From the sequence record MW598459: DNA of 64,000 nt; one strand, given 5' to 3'. The position numbers and the translations under genes are program-made. Below, in pieces: positions 9,083 to 18,515 of the stretch (position 1 is its first letter; each line of letters begins with the position of its first letter). Source of the stretch: Escherichia phage vB_EcoM_RZ. The notes beneath the pieces were generated by a model. The model was not told the DNA's origin and made no database searches. It saw only the letters and a program-made list of their open reading frames with translations.

Positions 9083-10057
9083 TTAGAATTGTTCAGTTAC
9101 ATCATCAAGGACCAGGTAACCACAGACCCGCATTTTGGAATCGTTATAATCAACCGGGATACTTACAACATCACGCGGGTGAACTTTACAGGATACGATG
9201 CGTCCATCACCATGACCAAACCCACTTCCGATATAGCCTTTAGAGCAAACATGCAGACCAGTTGAACAAGTCTGTTCGTCATTGTCATTCACACGAGAGC
9301 GCGGCATTTTAACATATTGACCAGGGCTGTTGTCGAATGTGTTTGAGTGGCAATCTTTGTAAGTTGCACGAACCATTTTCCATGCGATGAAATGACCGTC
9401 TTCGGTGATTTCGATATCGTTTGCAACCAGGAAGTCAAACAAACGCTGTACAGCTTTCTCACTCGGGTTCTCAAGGAGATTCTCAAGGAACGGCAGATAG
9501 AATTCAAAGTCTTCGCCATTTTGCATTGAATCAATGATACGAGTAACCAGGCCGGAGCGCAGTTCAATTCCCTGATAGAACAAACTACCACCTTCAATAC
9601 GCACATCACCTTTCACATATTTTTGTACTGCAGCTTTGATTGAGATAAACTCGATAGCATCATCAAAACGAGATTCTTTGAGTGCCTGGATAATAGCATC
9701 AAAGTGTTTATGGTCTTTTGTTGCGTTCCAGACCGTACGGCCTTCGGTGATGGAAACGAACTTGCTTGATGCGTTCCATACGATTTCTGGGCGGCTACCG
9801 CCGATTGTACCTTCAGCAACCGGGACTTCAACCGTTACTGTCACCGGGGCATTAATCGCCACACCAGCGGCTGCTTTTAGTGATGCAGAAATGGTTTTAG
9901 CTAATTTTGATTCTTTATCATTTTTCAAAACGCGGCGAATGGTGTCAACGGACACAGCAAAATATTCTGCCAATTCAGGCTGGGTATAATTGCCCGTTGA
10001 ATACATCTGGACCACATCAGCTTGTTCGGCTTTAGACATACATTTGATATTAAACAT
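9083..10057 (-). CDS. rIIB: rIIB protein
   Basis: 324 aa; N-terminus MFNIKCMSKAEQADVVQMYSTGNYTQPELAEYFAVSVDTIRRVLK matches recalled T4 rIIB. Confidence 0.9.
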   Translation of the reverse strand: MFNIKCMSKAEQADVVQMYSTGNYTQPELAEYFAVSVDTIRRVLKNDKESKLAKTISASLKAAAGVAINAPVTVTVEVPVAEGTIGGSRPEIVWNASSKFVSITEGRTVWNATKDHKHFDAIIQALKESRFDDAIEFISIKAAVQKYVKGDVRIEGGSLFYQGIELRSGLVTRIIDSMQNGEDFEFYLPFLENLLENPSEKAVQRLFDFLVANDIEITEDGHFIAWKMVRATYKDCHSNTFDNSPGQYVKMPRSRVNDNDEQTCSTGLHVCSKGYIGSGFGHGDGRIVSCKVHPRDVVSIPVDYNDSKMRVCGYLVLDDVTEQF

Positions 10058-10058
10058 A

Positions 10059-11072
10059 TTATTCCTTATTGGCCGCTTCCACGGCCTTCATGATTTGAGC
10101 AACGTTCTGTACTTGTTCAGTTGACATAGCGTTACGGTTATATAAAAAGTGTGAAACAATCGGGTGATTCTTTTCAAATTCAAAAACCATTTTATCGCTT
10201 GTTACCGAAGCGTTTTTGGTCAGGTCGTCATAAATCTTATTACAAAGGACCAGAGTTTCCTGCATGGTCTTATCAACTGTTCCACTGTTATATGCGTTAT
10301 AAGCAAAGAACTTATTGAACTGCATTAATTCGGCATAGTCAGTATTCACATCTTTCTGAACATCTTTTGCATAAAAATACTTGAACATAAAATTCAGTTC
10401 TGCATATTCAGACAGGATAGGAATATAATAACGCGAACGGCTTGAAGCGGCAATGTACTGGTCCGCATCAACCGCATCAATCAATTCCACATAACGATTG
10501 ACTGCAGCTTCAATCAGACAATCACACTGCGCCAGCTTGGTAATCTTTTTCTGAAGCTGTGGACGAATAACACAGAATTCATTGATTTCCAACAGGTTTG
10601 CCAGTTTACACAATGTCTGGGTCCCGAAGGTCGTGGTGCCATATTCTTGATTCAACGGGGAAATGCTACTGCGGTTAATGAATACAGCATAACCATCGAT
10701 TTCCTCTGCATCAGCTGCACATGTAAATTCTTCAACAGACTGCCAGCGACCATTGGTTTTAGTCCAACGAATCACCGATGGAGTCTTTGACTTAACACGC
10801 TCTTTCGGGTCCGCAACCGGAATCCAGTCTTTTACAAGGGCGGTCAGTTCAGACGTACGATAGATATTAACCGTATCGCCTTTAAATCGTTCCTGGAGTT
10901 GAACCATCAACCGTGTTTGAATTTCGCTGGTTGGGTCAACGAACAATAGACTACTACCTTGTACAGTCGGGACTTTACCAGAGGCTTTGAGCTTTTTGGC
11001 TTTCGCGCTGGTGTCATACAGCATTGAACTGATGCCCCGTCGCAATTCGCCCTTTAGCATCGTCAATAACAA
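10059..11072 (-). CDS. rIIA: rIIA protein, C-terminal part (frame-shifted relative to the N-terminal part)
   Basis: 337 aa ORF directly downstream of the rIIA N-terminal ORF, overlapping it by 59 nt in another frame. Confidence 0.7.
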   Translation of the reverse strand: MLLTMLKGELRRGISSMLYDTSAKAKKLKASGKVPTVQGSSLLFVDPTSEIQTRLMVQLQERFKGDTVNIYRTSELTALVKDWIPVADPKERVKSKTPSVIRWTKTNGRWQSVEEFTCAADAEEIDGYAVFINRSSISPLNQEYGTTTFGTQTLCKLANLLEINEFCVIRPQLQKKITKLAQCDCLIEAAVNRYVELIDAVDADQYIAASSRSRYYIPILSEYAELNFMFKYFYAKDVQKDVNTDYAELMQFNKFFAYNAYNSGTVDKTMQETLVLCNKIYDDLTKNASVTSDKMVFEFEKNHPIVSHFLYNRNAMSTEQVQNVAQIMKAVEAANKE

Positions 11073-12288
11073 TGTTCAAGGTATCATTCTGAATACCAAA
11101 CATGCTCGTCAGACTTGCAGTATTCGTGTTCGAGCTTGAGTTACGCAGACGTTTCAGACGGGTAGTGCTATAGATATCATAGACAACCCCGGCATTAATA
11201 AGGTCTTTGTCCAGCTCGAACATTTCGTACATCTGGTTAAAAGTCAGTTGTGATTTTGTAAATTTCGTTTCAGCATTACGAGCTTTCAGAAAATTACGAG
11301 CTTCATAATTCAGATTCTGTAATTCGCGATACGTGTGGCGGATACATTCTGATTCCTGCCATTTCTTACAATCATCTTCCATGACCTTCTTATCAAGCGA
11401 TTCAATACGTTCAATGATATTTGCGACCGTACGTTTGTCCAGTGATAATGCTTCGCGAGAAGGTGCAATATCCAACGAACCCATCGGGAACTTAATAAAG
11501 ACAACATCATTTTTGGCGGTCATCCAGGTTTTCTTTGTATAACCGTCACCAATCGGATAAACAATACCGCCGTAAATTGCATAAAGTCCATAACGTTCTG
11601 GGCTGCTATAATCAATACGCGCTGGAGCATAATAATCATCAAATTCTGGGAAGTAATTAATTTCGCCTGCACCTTGCACTTCAGCCAGTCCAGCAAATGG
11701 ACGCATGATATATGCAATCTCGTAGCGGAACTTACCAAAATCATTACTATCAACCGGGACAACAACTTCAATCCCTGTGCGGTCACCAGGTTTCATTGGT
11801 TCGCTAAAGGTTGGCTTAATCTGTGGACCATCGCCGTCCATATAAGCGACATAACCATTAACTTGCCCATCATGATATGAAATCAGGCTAAACGTCTCTG
11901 TATAACTAAACGGAGATTTAGAACCCAGACCAAAGCCACCAATAAAATCGTTGGATTCCGCCTTGGATGATGCAAAGAAACTGTTATACAGACCTGGGGT
12001 ATTTTCATCACCACGAATCTGGAAATCACTCATACCTGGACCAAAGTCACGGCATACAAAACGTGGGTCCAGTTCACCAGGAGCTTGCACAATGAATTTA
12101 TCCTGGCAGCCATTGAGCATATGAGCATCAATCATATTGGTAATCAGCTCACGGACAACCGCGCGCACCTTGTTTGTATAAAGGTCGCTGGTCAGAATCT
12201 TAAACACCTTTGGAGATGCCTGGATTGTGAATGCTGATGCCTTGGCACCATTACCAAGGATTGTTTCCTTTTCAGTTTCTAAAATCAT
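11014..12288 (-). CDS. rIIA: rIIA protein, N-terminal part
   Basis: 424 aa; ...[31 protein letters not shown]....FGPGMSDF...[21 protein letters not shown] matches recalled T4 rIIA N-terminus. Confidence 0.85.
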   Translation of the reverse strand: MILETEKETILGNGAKASAFTIQASPKVFKILTSDLYTNKVRAVVRELITNMIDAHMLNGCQDKFIVQAPGELDPRFVCRDFGPGMSDFQIRGDENTPGLYNSFFASSKAESNDFIGGFGLGSKSPFSYTETFSLISYHDGQVNGYVAYMDGDGPQIKPTFSEPMKPGDRTGIEVVVPVDSNDFGKFRYEIAYIMRPFAGLAEVQGAGEINYFPEFDDYYAPARIDYSSPERYGLYAIYGGIVYPIGDGYTKKTWMTAKNDVVFIKFPMGSLDIAPSREALSLDKRTVANIIERIESLDKKVMEDDCKKWQESECIRHTYRELQNLNYEARNFLKARNAETKFTKSQLTFNQMYEMFELDKDLINAGVVYDIYSTTRLKRLRNSSSNTNTASLTSMFGIQNDTLNIVIDDAKGRIATGHQFNAV

Positions 12289-12295
12289 GTTTTTC

Positions 12296-12505
12296 TCACT
12301 TTATGTTACGTTTGATTAATTCTGCAACTTCAAGAAGTTCATCCTTTGTTGCGGTGTCTGAAGCTATTTTAATACGGATTTCTTTGAAGCGTTCTTTAAA
12401 CTCTTCAGCTTCTCTTATATCAAAAAATCGTTGGATAACACGGTATTCTTTATGGATAGCCTTATCAAACAGTTCCATATTAACTTTGAAGTTCGTCATT
12501 TCCAA
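12296..12505 (-). CDS. Hypothetical protein (69 aa; rIIA.1 position)
   Basis: ORF between gene 39 and rIIA. Confidence 0.45.
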   Translation of the reverse strand: MEMTNFKVNMELFDKAIHKEYRVIQRFFDIREAEEFKERFKEIRIKIASDTATKDELLEVAELIKRNIK

Positions 12506-12764
12506 TCTCCTGCAATATTTTTCTCATACTACGCATGGTAGCTTTATGTTCTTGGCCATGGTATATCAATGCAAGGAGTGCTTCAATTCGCTCCTCAGGG
12601 ACCTTCTGGCCAGTCTTAATGCTCATGGCTGATGCTCTTACAGCCAACAAGTAACTTCGCTTCCTGTCGCTATCTGGGAGCTCCTGCACCTTCCTCAGGC
12701 CTGCTTCCATAATACAACGAGCAACATTCTGTAGATTAACTAAACTTCCGTCAGACATAATCAT
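12480..12764 (-). CDS. Hypothetical protein (94 aa)
   Basis: ORF between gene 39 and rIIA. Confidence 0.45.
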   Translation of the reverse strand: MIMSDGSLVNLQNVARCIMEAGLRKVQELPDSDRKRSYLLAVRASAMSIKTGQKVPEERIEALLALIYHGQEHKATMRSMRKILQEIGNDELQS

Positions 12765-12813
12765 ATTTTCACCTCAAGGACATCTTAACGCAATTTTTAT
12801 GGCTTGTACATAA

Positions 12814-12840
12814 TAAAAAAGGACCCGAAGGTCCTTTTGG
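12814..12840 (-). terminator. Rho-independent terminator (bidirectional shape) downstream of gene 39
   Basis: A-run, GGACC-CGAA-GGTCC hairpin, T-run. Confidence 0.6.
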
Positions 12841-13035
12841 CTACTCAACTTTATAGACTTGCCCATACGCGGTATAGTATTCACCATCCCAGGTCTCGCA
12901 CATAATGGTGACAAAGGATGCAAACAGGGGTTTAGTATCGGCCCACAGATAACCGTATTCGCCATTTGACAACGTAACCCACCACTTTTTCATGGACTTC
13001 TCCTATAAGACGGGAGAATATTCTCCCACATCTAT

Positions 13036-14874
13036 TTATAGCGTCGCATTCATCCAGTCTTTACGCTGCTGGGAATCTTTACCGAATAGCATTTCGAACA
13101 GTTCTTTCCAGTTGTCGGGCAATTGAACAACTTCGAATACCGGTTCGAGCAATACGCGTTTGTACTCGGAATCTTCCAGAGAACCAAGCCCCTTGATATA
13201 TCGGATGGTGTGCTTCGGAAGTTTATCCTTAGCTTCTTCATAGTCAGGAAGAGAATAGAACCATTCTTGTTTATCTTTGAGCTGTGCAATAATAACAGGA
13301 GTTTTCACAAAGCGAATTCGTCCTTCATGGAACAGCTCTGGCCAGTTACTGAAAAACGCCAATAACGATGGATAGATACTACCGACACCATCCACATCCG
13401 CATCTGTCATGATAGCAATGTTTCGGTAATTCATATTCTCGGCCGGTTGTCCAATCGTTAAACCAGTAATCGCACACACATCAAAGGCTTCGGCGTTCTT
13501 CATAACGTCAACAGCTTTCAGACCCCATGTGTTTTTGAACTTACCACGTAACGGATAAGCACCTTGTAATTCACGGTCGCGGACCTTGATAAATGGACCG
13601 GTTGCAGAATCACCTTCGGTCAGGAACAGAGTCGTTTCCAGCTTATCATTGCCCCATTCGTTGGCCTTGATATGCTTTTGCACCTTGGCCTTTGAAGCTT
13701 TCTTATTCGCCTTGGTCTCTGCTGCTTTCTCTGCAGCCAATTTACGAGCTAATGCAGCTTCAATAATGGGCATCAGAATAGCTTCTGTTTTTAACAGCGA
13801 GCTCGCCAACTTTTTACCATCAACCTGGATATGTGATTTAATTTCGCCAGCCGGAGAAGTCAATCGCTCCTTGGTCTGGGAGTCAAATCGCATATTTTTC
13901 ATATTGCGAATAAACATCAACAATGTAATACATTCTTTAACACGCGCTTTGGTTACTTCAATTTTATACTTGCGTTTAATTGCTGGGATTAACACATCAC
14001 ACATTTCATCCATAACACATTCAATATGGTGACCACCATTTTTTGTGTGGATGTTGTTGACGTAAGTCAGATGTCTGAATCCGTCAGGTGACCGACCGAT
14101 TGCAATTGAGCAATTATCTTGTTCCTGGATAATGATTTCATCATCATATTGTTTAGCAAACTTTTTAAACTGACCTTGTACCTTTTTACCATTGAATTTG
14201 AATTCAATATCAGGATAAACAACAGCAAGAGTCTGCAGACGGTCAAGAGTAATATCCAGATAAATTTTATCAAAACTGTTCATTTCAAAATGGCTAAAGT
14301 CTGGAATAAACTCAACCTTGGTGCCATTGGATTTGGTCGGTTTGATTTTCCATGATACATTATCGGCGTTATTTGAACAACTTACACGAAGCTCATTTTT
14401 ACCGTCAGATGTGGTCCCCGTAAAAAGGATTGAAAAAATATTAGTAAGACTTGAACCCACACCATTTTGGCCACCGGTCACACGTTCTTTGTCATCACCG
14501 AAATTCCCACCCGCTTTGGTTTTCGTCCAGGCCGCCACCGGTCCAGGCAATTCTTCCCCTTCTGGGGTTACGACAACAGCTTGTGGAATACCACGGCCAT
14601 TATCTTCAACAGTAACTTTGTTATCAGTCAAAGAAATATCAACGGAAATTTTATTGGCAAATTTGAAATTTGTACGTATAGCTTCATCAACCGAGTTGTC
14701 AATAATCTCATCAACTAGTTTTAATACACCCGCCACATAAGATACTTTAGTATATTCACCAAATAAAAATCTTTCGTATTCTTCATATGAAACACTTCCT
14801 ATGTACATTCCCGGACGTTTCAAACAATGGTCTTTATCTGAAAGCATTTCAATTTTATTTTCAATCATAATCAA
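13036..14874 (-). CDS. 39: DNA topoisomerase II large subunit (GyrB-like), apparently fused gp39+gp60
   Basis: 612 aa single ORF; N-terminus ...KRPGMYIGS... typical of type II topoisomerase ATPase subunits; T4 splits this across genes 39 and 60. Confidence 0.92.
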   Translation of the reverse strand: MIMIENKIEMLSDKDHCLKRPGMYIGSVSYEEYERFLFGEYTKVSYVAGVLKLVDEIIDNSVDEAIRTNFKFANKISVDISLTDNKVTVEDNGRGIPQAVVVTPEGEELPGPVAAWTKTKAGGNFGDDKERVTGGQNGVGSSLTNIFSILFTGTTSDGKNELRVSCSNNADNVSWKIKPTKSNGTKVEFIPDFSHFEMNSFDKIYLDITLDRLQTLAVVYPDIEFKFNGKKVQGQFKKFAKQYDDEIIIQEQDNCSIAIGRSPDGFRHLTYVNNIHTKNGGHHIECVMDEMCDVLIPAIKRKYKIEVTKARVKECITLLMFIRNMKNMRFDSQTKERLTSPAGEIKSHIQVDGKKLASSLLKTEAILMPIIEAALARKLAAEKAAETKANKKASKAKVQKHIKANEWGNDKLETTLFLTEGDSATGPFIKVRDRELQGAYPLRGKFKNTWGLKAVDVMKNAEAFDVCAITGLTIGQPAENMNYRNIAIMTDADVDGVGSIYPSLLAFFSNWPELFHEGRIRFVKTPVIIAQLKDKQEWFYSLPDYEEAKDKLPKHTIRYIKGLGSLEDSEYKRVLLEPVFEVVQLPDNWKELFEMLFGKDSQQRKDWMNATL

Positions 14875-15582
14875 TTATTCCTTGCTTTGTTTCAAGTATT
14901 CTATCGCGGTTTCTAATGAAGCAATATTGTCTTTAAACATGCCCAAGCCTATATTGCATTTTGAGCATAAAATACCCCGGACTTTACCAGTTGAATGACA
15001 GTGGTCTACATTGAACCAAGTGCTTTTTGATAAAGAAGTCGAATTGTTTGTTAGTTTTATTTTACAAATTTCACAATACGGAGTATCCTCAATTAACTTC
15101 AAAACGTCGCGCTTTTTCATCTTTATGGAATGACTATATGGCAAGTCCAGTGATTGAGTATCTCTTGCTTCTTTACCACAGGAATCTGAACAATATTTTT
15201 GAGTCCTATTCGTAGCCGTATACTTAGTATCACACACAGGACAAATACGCTCTTCTTCAAATATCCCACCACCCTGGCATTTAACGGAACAAAATTCATG
15301 GTAACCAGTAGCAAATGTGTGATAGTTAACAGGTTTACCGCACTTACATAAAACTTTTCCTTTTATATCATGTAAAATACGATAACAGACCTCATTATAT
15401 GGGTGTTGGTCTCTTTTACCTCCTTGACAATGCAGTGCTTCTGTTCTAAAGACATTTGCTTCTTCTGGATATTTTTCCCAGAATTTTTTGGCAAATTCTA
15501 AATCATTTTTAAACAAATTACCGTTAAGACGATTCGGGTTCTTAGTTAAAAGATTTTCTTCAATAAATTGTTTTAAGTTCAT
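14875..15582 (-). CDS. Endonuclease VII-like His-Me finger nuclease with Cys-rich N-terminus (putative freestanding homing endonuclease)
   Basis: C-terminal NVDHCHSTGKVRGILCSKCNIGLG parallels DHDHELNGPKAGKVRGLLCNLCN of gp49 in this window; track start is GTG, ATG at 15582 preferred. Confidence 0.65.
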   Translation of the reverse strand: MNLKQFIEENLLTKNPNRLNGNLFKNDLEFAKKFWEKYPEEANVFRTEALHCQGGKRDQHPYNEVCYRILHDIKGKVLCKCGKPVNYHTFATGYHEFCSVKCQGGGIFEEERICPVCDTKYTATNRTQKYCSDSCGKEARDTQSLDLPYSHSIKMKKRDVLKLIEDTPYCEICKIKLTNNSTSLSKSTWFNVDHCHSTGKVRGILCSKCNIGLGMFKDNIASLETAIEYLKQSKE

Positions 15583-15588
15583 GGAGGT

Positions 15589-15613
15589 ATTATAAGTCAC
15601 ATATTTTAAAGCA
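15589..15613 (-). promoter_or_regulatory. Putative T4 middle promoter (MotA box TGCTTTA, 12 nt, TATAAT)
   Basis: Minus strand TTTTGCTTTAAAATATGTGACTTATAAT immediately upstream of the nuclease gene. Confidence 0.45.
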
Positions 15614-15636
15614 AAAAGGCCCGAAGGCCTTTTATT
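15605..15636 (-). terminator. Rho-independent terminator
   Basis: AGGCC-CGAA-GGCCT hairpin followed by T-run on the minus strand, directly after the upstream ORF stop. Confidence 0.55.
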
Positions 15637-16030
15637 TGAATCGAAGCTGCTCTAACATTTTAATAGCTTGTAGACGTCCGGCTTCAGTTTTAACCGTAAT
15701 AATAACATCACCGCCGGTAACAACGATATCCTCTTTTGATTCCTGTTCGGTTATTTCAGAATCACATTCCGGGACTTCTTCAAAATATTTAAATTCATCA
15801 CCAAAAATAAGACCGGTTCCATTACGACTATGGAAAGAAAACCCAGTTCCATCGATAGTACTAAATTCCGTAACAACATTTGCTTCCATCTTAGTGACTG
15901 AAAACTCTTTGGTAGTAACCAAATCAATGATAGAGGTTCCTTGTTGGTTCAAAATGCTACCAGGCATACCAACATGTTTAAGGAAGCCATCTAAATCTTT
16001 AATGTGATAACTCTTTCCAATTTTAAACAT
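15632..16030 (-). CDS. Hypothetical protein (about 133 aa from internal Met)
   Basis: ORF 15632-16207 trimmed to the Met preceded by SD GAGGA; the longer form overlaps the lipoprotein gene. Confidence 0.45.
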   Translation of the reverse strand: MFKIGKSYHIKDLDGFLKHVGMPGSILNQQGTSIIDLVTTKEFSVTKMEANVVTEFSTIDGTGFSFHSRNGTGLIFGDEFKYFEEVPECDSEITEQESKEDIVVTGGDVIITVKTEAGRLQAIKMLEQLRFK

Positions 16031-16037
16031 AATATCC

Positions 16038-16298
16038 TCATTCAAATCGGATGGTTGAATTCTTAAACAGCAATCCAGAACAAACGGTTCCTTCAACTTT
16101 CTTACCAGTTGGGCCCACGGCTGTAAAACCTGTGTGTTGAAAATCATCTTTACCACAAGATAACCAGTTATATCCGGTGATTTGGATTTGCTCATAGCCG
16201 TTTGCATCTAATACACGAATGGCATTATCTGCATCAGTACAACCAGCCAATGAAACCGCCAGTACCAGTGCGGCAATAGAACGATTAATGTATTTCAT
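16038..16298 (-). CDS. Putative lipoprotein (signal peptide with lipobox LAGC)
   Basis: MKYINRSIAALVLAVSLAGCTDAD...; SD GAGGA upstream. Confidence 0.55.
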   Translation of the reverse strand: MKYINRSIAALVLAVSLAGCTDADNAIRVLDANGYEQIQITGYNWLSCGKDDFQHTGFTAVGPTGKKVEGTVCSGLLFKNSTIRFE

Positions 16299-16304
16299 AA
16301 TTCC

Positions 16305-16481
16305 TCACTTAGTCAGCAGGTCGTAAAAACCGCCATTAACATGTTTAGGAGCCGAGACTAACCGAACAGCCAGCCGATGGCAATCAGGGCAAACATCATT
16401 ATCTCTTTCGGAGATTTTCTTGATTTTTTCGTATTCTTTCGCGCAGTCTTCGGATTGACATTTGTAGTCATAAAGTGGCAT
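16305..16481 (-). CDS. FmdB-like zinc-ribbon protein (58 aa, not in track)
   Basis: My own translation MPLYDYKCQSEDCAKEYEKIKKISERDNDVCPDCH...; CxxC..(17)..CxxC arrangement. Confidence 0.45.
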   Translation of the reverse strand: MPLYDYKCQSEDCAKEYEKIKKISERDNDVCPDCHRLAVRLVSAPKHVNGGFYDLLTK

Positions 16482-16482
16482 G

Positions 16483-16857
16483 TTATTCCTTAAAGTGTGC
16501 TTTCAACATCTGGTAAACGGTCCAGGCTTCAGAGTTATTAGAAATTGTGATTTTAGTCAAAGGGAATTCGCTTGGTTCAAATGTTTCATCAGCGTCTTCG
16601 CATTCATCTTCAGTATCGTCATCTTTTTCTTCTTCAAAGAAACGACGTTCATCTTCCTTTATGAATATTCTCTCCATTCCACCGGTCGAAAATTCTATCC
16701 GATATACATCACCACCTTCAATTCCGACTGGTCTAAATCCTTCACCATTGATTATAGCATCAGCTATATTATCATTATCAGAGCATAACAAACGAAATCT
16801 GCTTTCAGCAACATTATCTTTAAAATAATACCATTTATCAGTTTCAAATTTCAACAT
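16483..16857 (-). CDS. Hypothetical acidic protein (about 125 aa from internal Met)
   Basis: ORF trimmed to MLKFETDKWYYF...; acidic stretch EEEKDDDTEDECEDADE. Confidence 0.4.
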   Translation of the reverse strand: MLKFETDKWYYFKDNVAESRFRLLCSDNDNIADAIINGEGFRPVGIEGGDVYRIEFSTGGMERIFIKEDERRFFEEEKDDDTEDECEDADETFEPSEFPLTKITISNNSEAWTVYQMLKAHFKE

Positions 16858-17074
16858 GATAAGTCTCCTTCCAAAAATCTGTACCATCTTCTGATTCTTC
16901 GCGGAACAGCGCATAGCTAGGTAATTCCGCACCTTCATACGCATACACATAAATGATATCAGTGGTGCAAAGAAATTCATTGATGTTTTTCTTAACAATC
17001 ACTTTATCACTTTCAGCGGTTTCCCAGAACTCTTCAGCGGTCAAGGAAGTGGTCACACAATCTTCATTAAACAT
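16844..17074 (-). CDS. Hypothetical protein (76 aa)
   Basis: ORF in minus-strand array. Confidence 0.4.
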   Translation of the reverse strand: MFNEDCVTTSLTAEEFWETAESDKVIVKKNINEFLCTTDIIYVYAYEGAELPSYALFREESEDGTDFWKETYHVEI

Positions 17075-17122
17075 AATATTCTCCTCATTGATAGGGCAAA
17101 ATTACCCTATCATTTTTATAAT

Positions 17123-17683
17123 TTAGGCAAAATGAATATCAGCATACTCAACGATAAAGCTCTCAGGAACAACCTTAAAGGTTCCAAGGAACACAATATT
17201 ATACAGTTTAACCCCTTCTTCAACCCACTGGTCGGTGATGTAACCAGACATGCTAGTGGTTTCATAAGTACCAAAAGGTTCGTCAACATATTCAAACGGT
17301 TTAGGTGAAACAAAAAAGACACCTTTGCCCAATTTCCATTTAAAATCAACCCCAACATGAGACTGGTCAATGGTTTCAACGTCTTGAGCAATTACGCCAC
17401 GGATATCATTGCTTTCGCACACATATCCATCATGGGATTCAACTTCTTCAACCACAGGGAGGTTGGCGGCAGTAATAGCAGTTGATTCCAGGAATTTAGC
17501 ACGAACATAAGCGAATTGAGTTTCAGTCTGACCATTTTTGGGAATGATACGCACCTTTACTTCATTATCAGGATGGTCAACAAAAATATCAGCACGAATA
17601 CTGACAACCTCAACAAAACGTCCAGCGGCTCTTGAACGAGATTTTTTGGATACGCGAACGATTTCGCCAGCTTCAACTTTCAT
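17123..17683 (-). CDS. Hypothetical protein (186 aa), paralog of 17763-18515
   Basis: C-terminus GYITDQWVEEGVKLYNIVFLGTFKVVPESFIVEY resembles GWVTDQWIEESVELLNVVHAGEFTVVPRSMVVEI of the neighbour. Confidence 0.5.
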   Translation of the reverse strand: MKVEAGEIVRVSKKSRSRAAGRFVEVVSIRADIFVDHPDNEVKVRIIPKNGQTETQFAYVRAKFLESTAITAANLPVVEEVESHDGYVCESNDIRGVIAQDVETIDQSHVGVDFKWKLGKGVFFVSPKPFEYVDEPFGTYETTSMSGYITDQWVEEGVKLYNIVFLGTFKVVPESFIVEYADIHFA

Positions 17684-17710
17684 AATTTTCTCTCTTGGTT
17701 AATAAGTTTA

Positions 17711-17754
17711 TTCTCCAGTGGGGTCATTATACTCTGACCCCAAGAGTTTGTACA
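17711..17754 (-). promoter_or_regulatory. T4-type early promoter (44 bp duplicate of 6071-6114)
   Basis: Minus strand TGTACA, 17 nt, TATAAT. Confidence 0.6.
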
Positions 17755-17762
17755 CTTTAAAT

Positions 17763-18515
17763 TTAATTAAAAATTTCAACAACCATGGAACGTGGTACAA
17801 CAGTAAATTCACCAGCATGGACAACGTTCAGGAGTTCAACACTCTCTTCAATCCACTGGTCTGTTACCCAACCACAAATGGAACTGTTAAATGGGCGTTT
17901 GATTTGAACTGGTTTACACAGCAAGTCAATAGGGTCACCCAGTTCGCTAACTTCTTCCAGCAGTACAGATTCACGTGGATAAAGGATAGCTTCAAGATTG
18001 TCACCTGATTCATTGACTGCAGTAAATTCAAAGATGCTTTGGTGATTGTGGTACTTAACTGTTTTAACTGTAAATGGAGCAAATCCAAAAATACCTTTCA
18101 GTACCCGCCAACCGGCATTCAATGCATTAGTATTATCAAAATCACCATATCCAACAAGTTGATAGGTTTTGTCAACTTTGATAGGAGCTTCTTCAACTTC
18201 TTTGAAGAGTTCAATCTCAGCTTCATAAACCATAATTTTTTCTACTTCATTTGTATCAAGGCGACGTGCATGCAGAATATATGCTTTATCAAACCAGTTA
18301 CTTTTTACAAAAGTTTCAACAATAAATTCACCTTCACCTAAAGCATCAGTCAGAGTATTATACCCAGAAACCATAGCTGCATTTTGAATAATAGGTTCAA
18401 TCAGTTGATAAGTTTTGTTAATTTCAATAGTCATATTTTGTTTCTCAAGTTTTAATGGTTTAATTGGGCGAACATACATACTTACAACATCAAAGTCAAT
18501 AAATTCTGGTTTCAT
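17763..18515 (-). CDS. Hypothetical protein (250 aa), paralog of 17123-17683
   Basis: Shared C-terminal motif with neighbour. Confidence 0.5.
   Translation of the reverse strand: MKPEFIDFDVVSMYVRPIKPLKLEKQNMTIEINKTYQLIEPIIQNAAMVSGYNTLTDALGEGEFIVETFVKSNWFDKAYILHARRLDTNEVEKIMVYEAEIELFKEVEEAPIKVDKTYQLVGYGDFDNTNALNAGWRVLKGIFGFAPFTVKTVKYHNHQSIFEFTAVNESGDNLEAILYPRESVLLEEVSELGDPIDLLCKPVQIKRPFNSSICGWVTDQWIEESVELLNVVHAGEFTVVPRSMVVEIFN

Noticed and set aside
10059-11078. Programmed ribosomal frameshift in rIIA
   Set aside because: There is no slippery heptamer and no downstream structure. A simple one-base indel at the C4 run explains the frame change more economically.
12774-12965. 63 aa minus-strand ORF downstream of gene 39
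   Set aside because: It runs straight through the hairpin terminator at 12814-12840 and has an odd Cys/Pro-rich composition. A different 50 aa frame (about 12848-13000) looks more gene-like, but I was not confident enough to list either.
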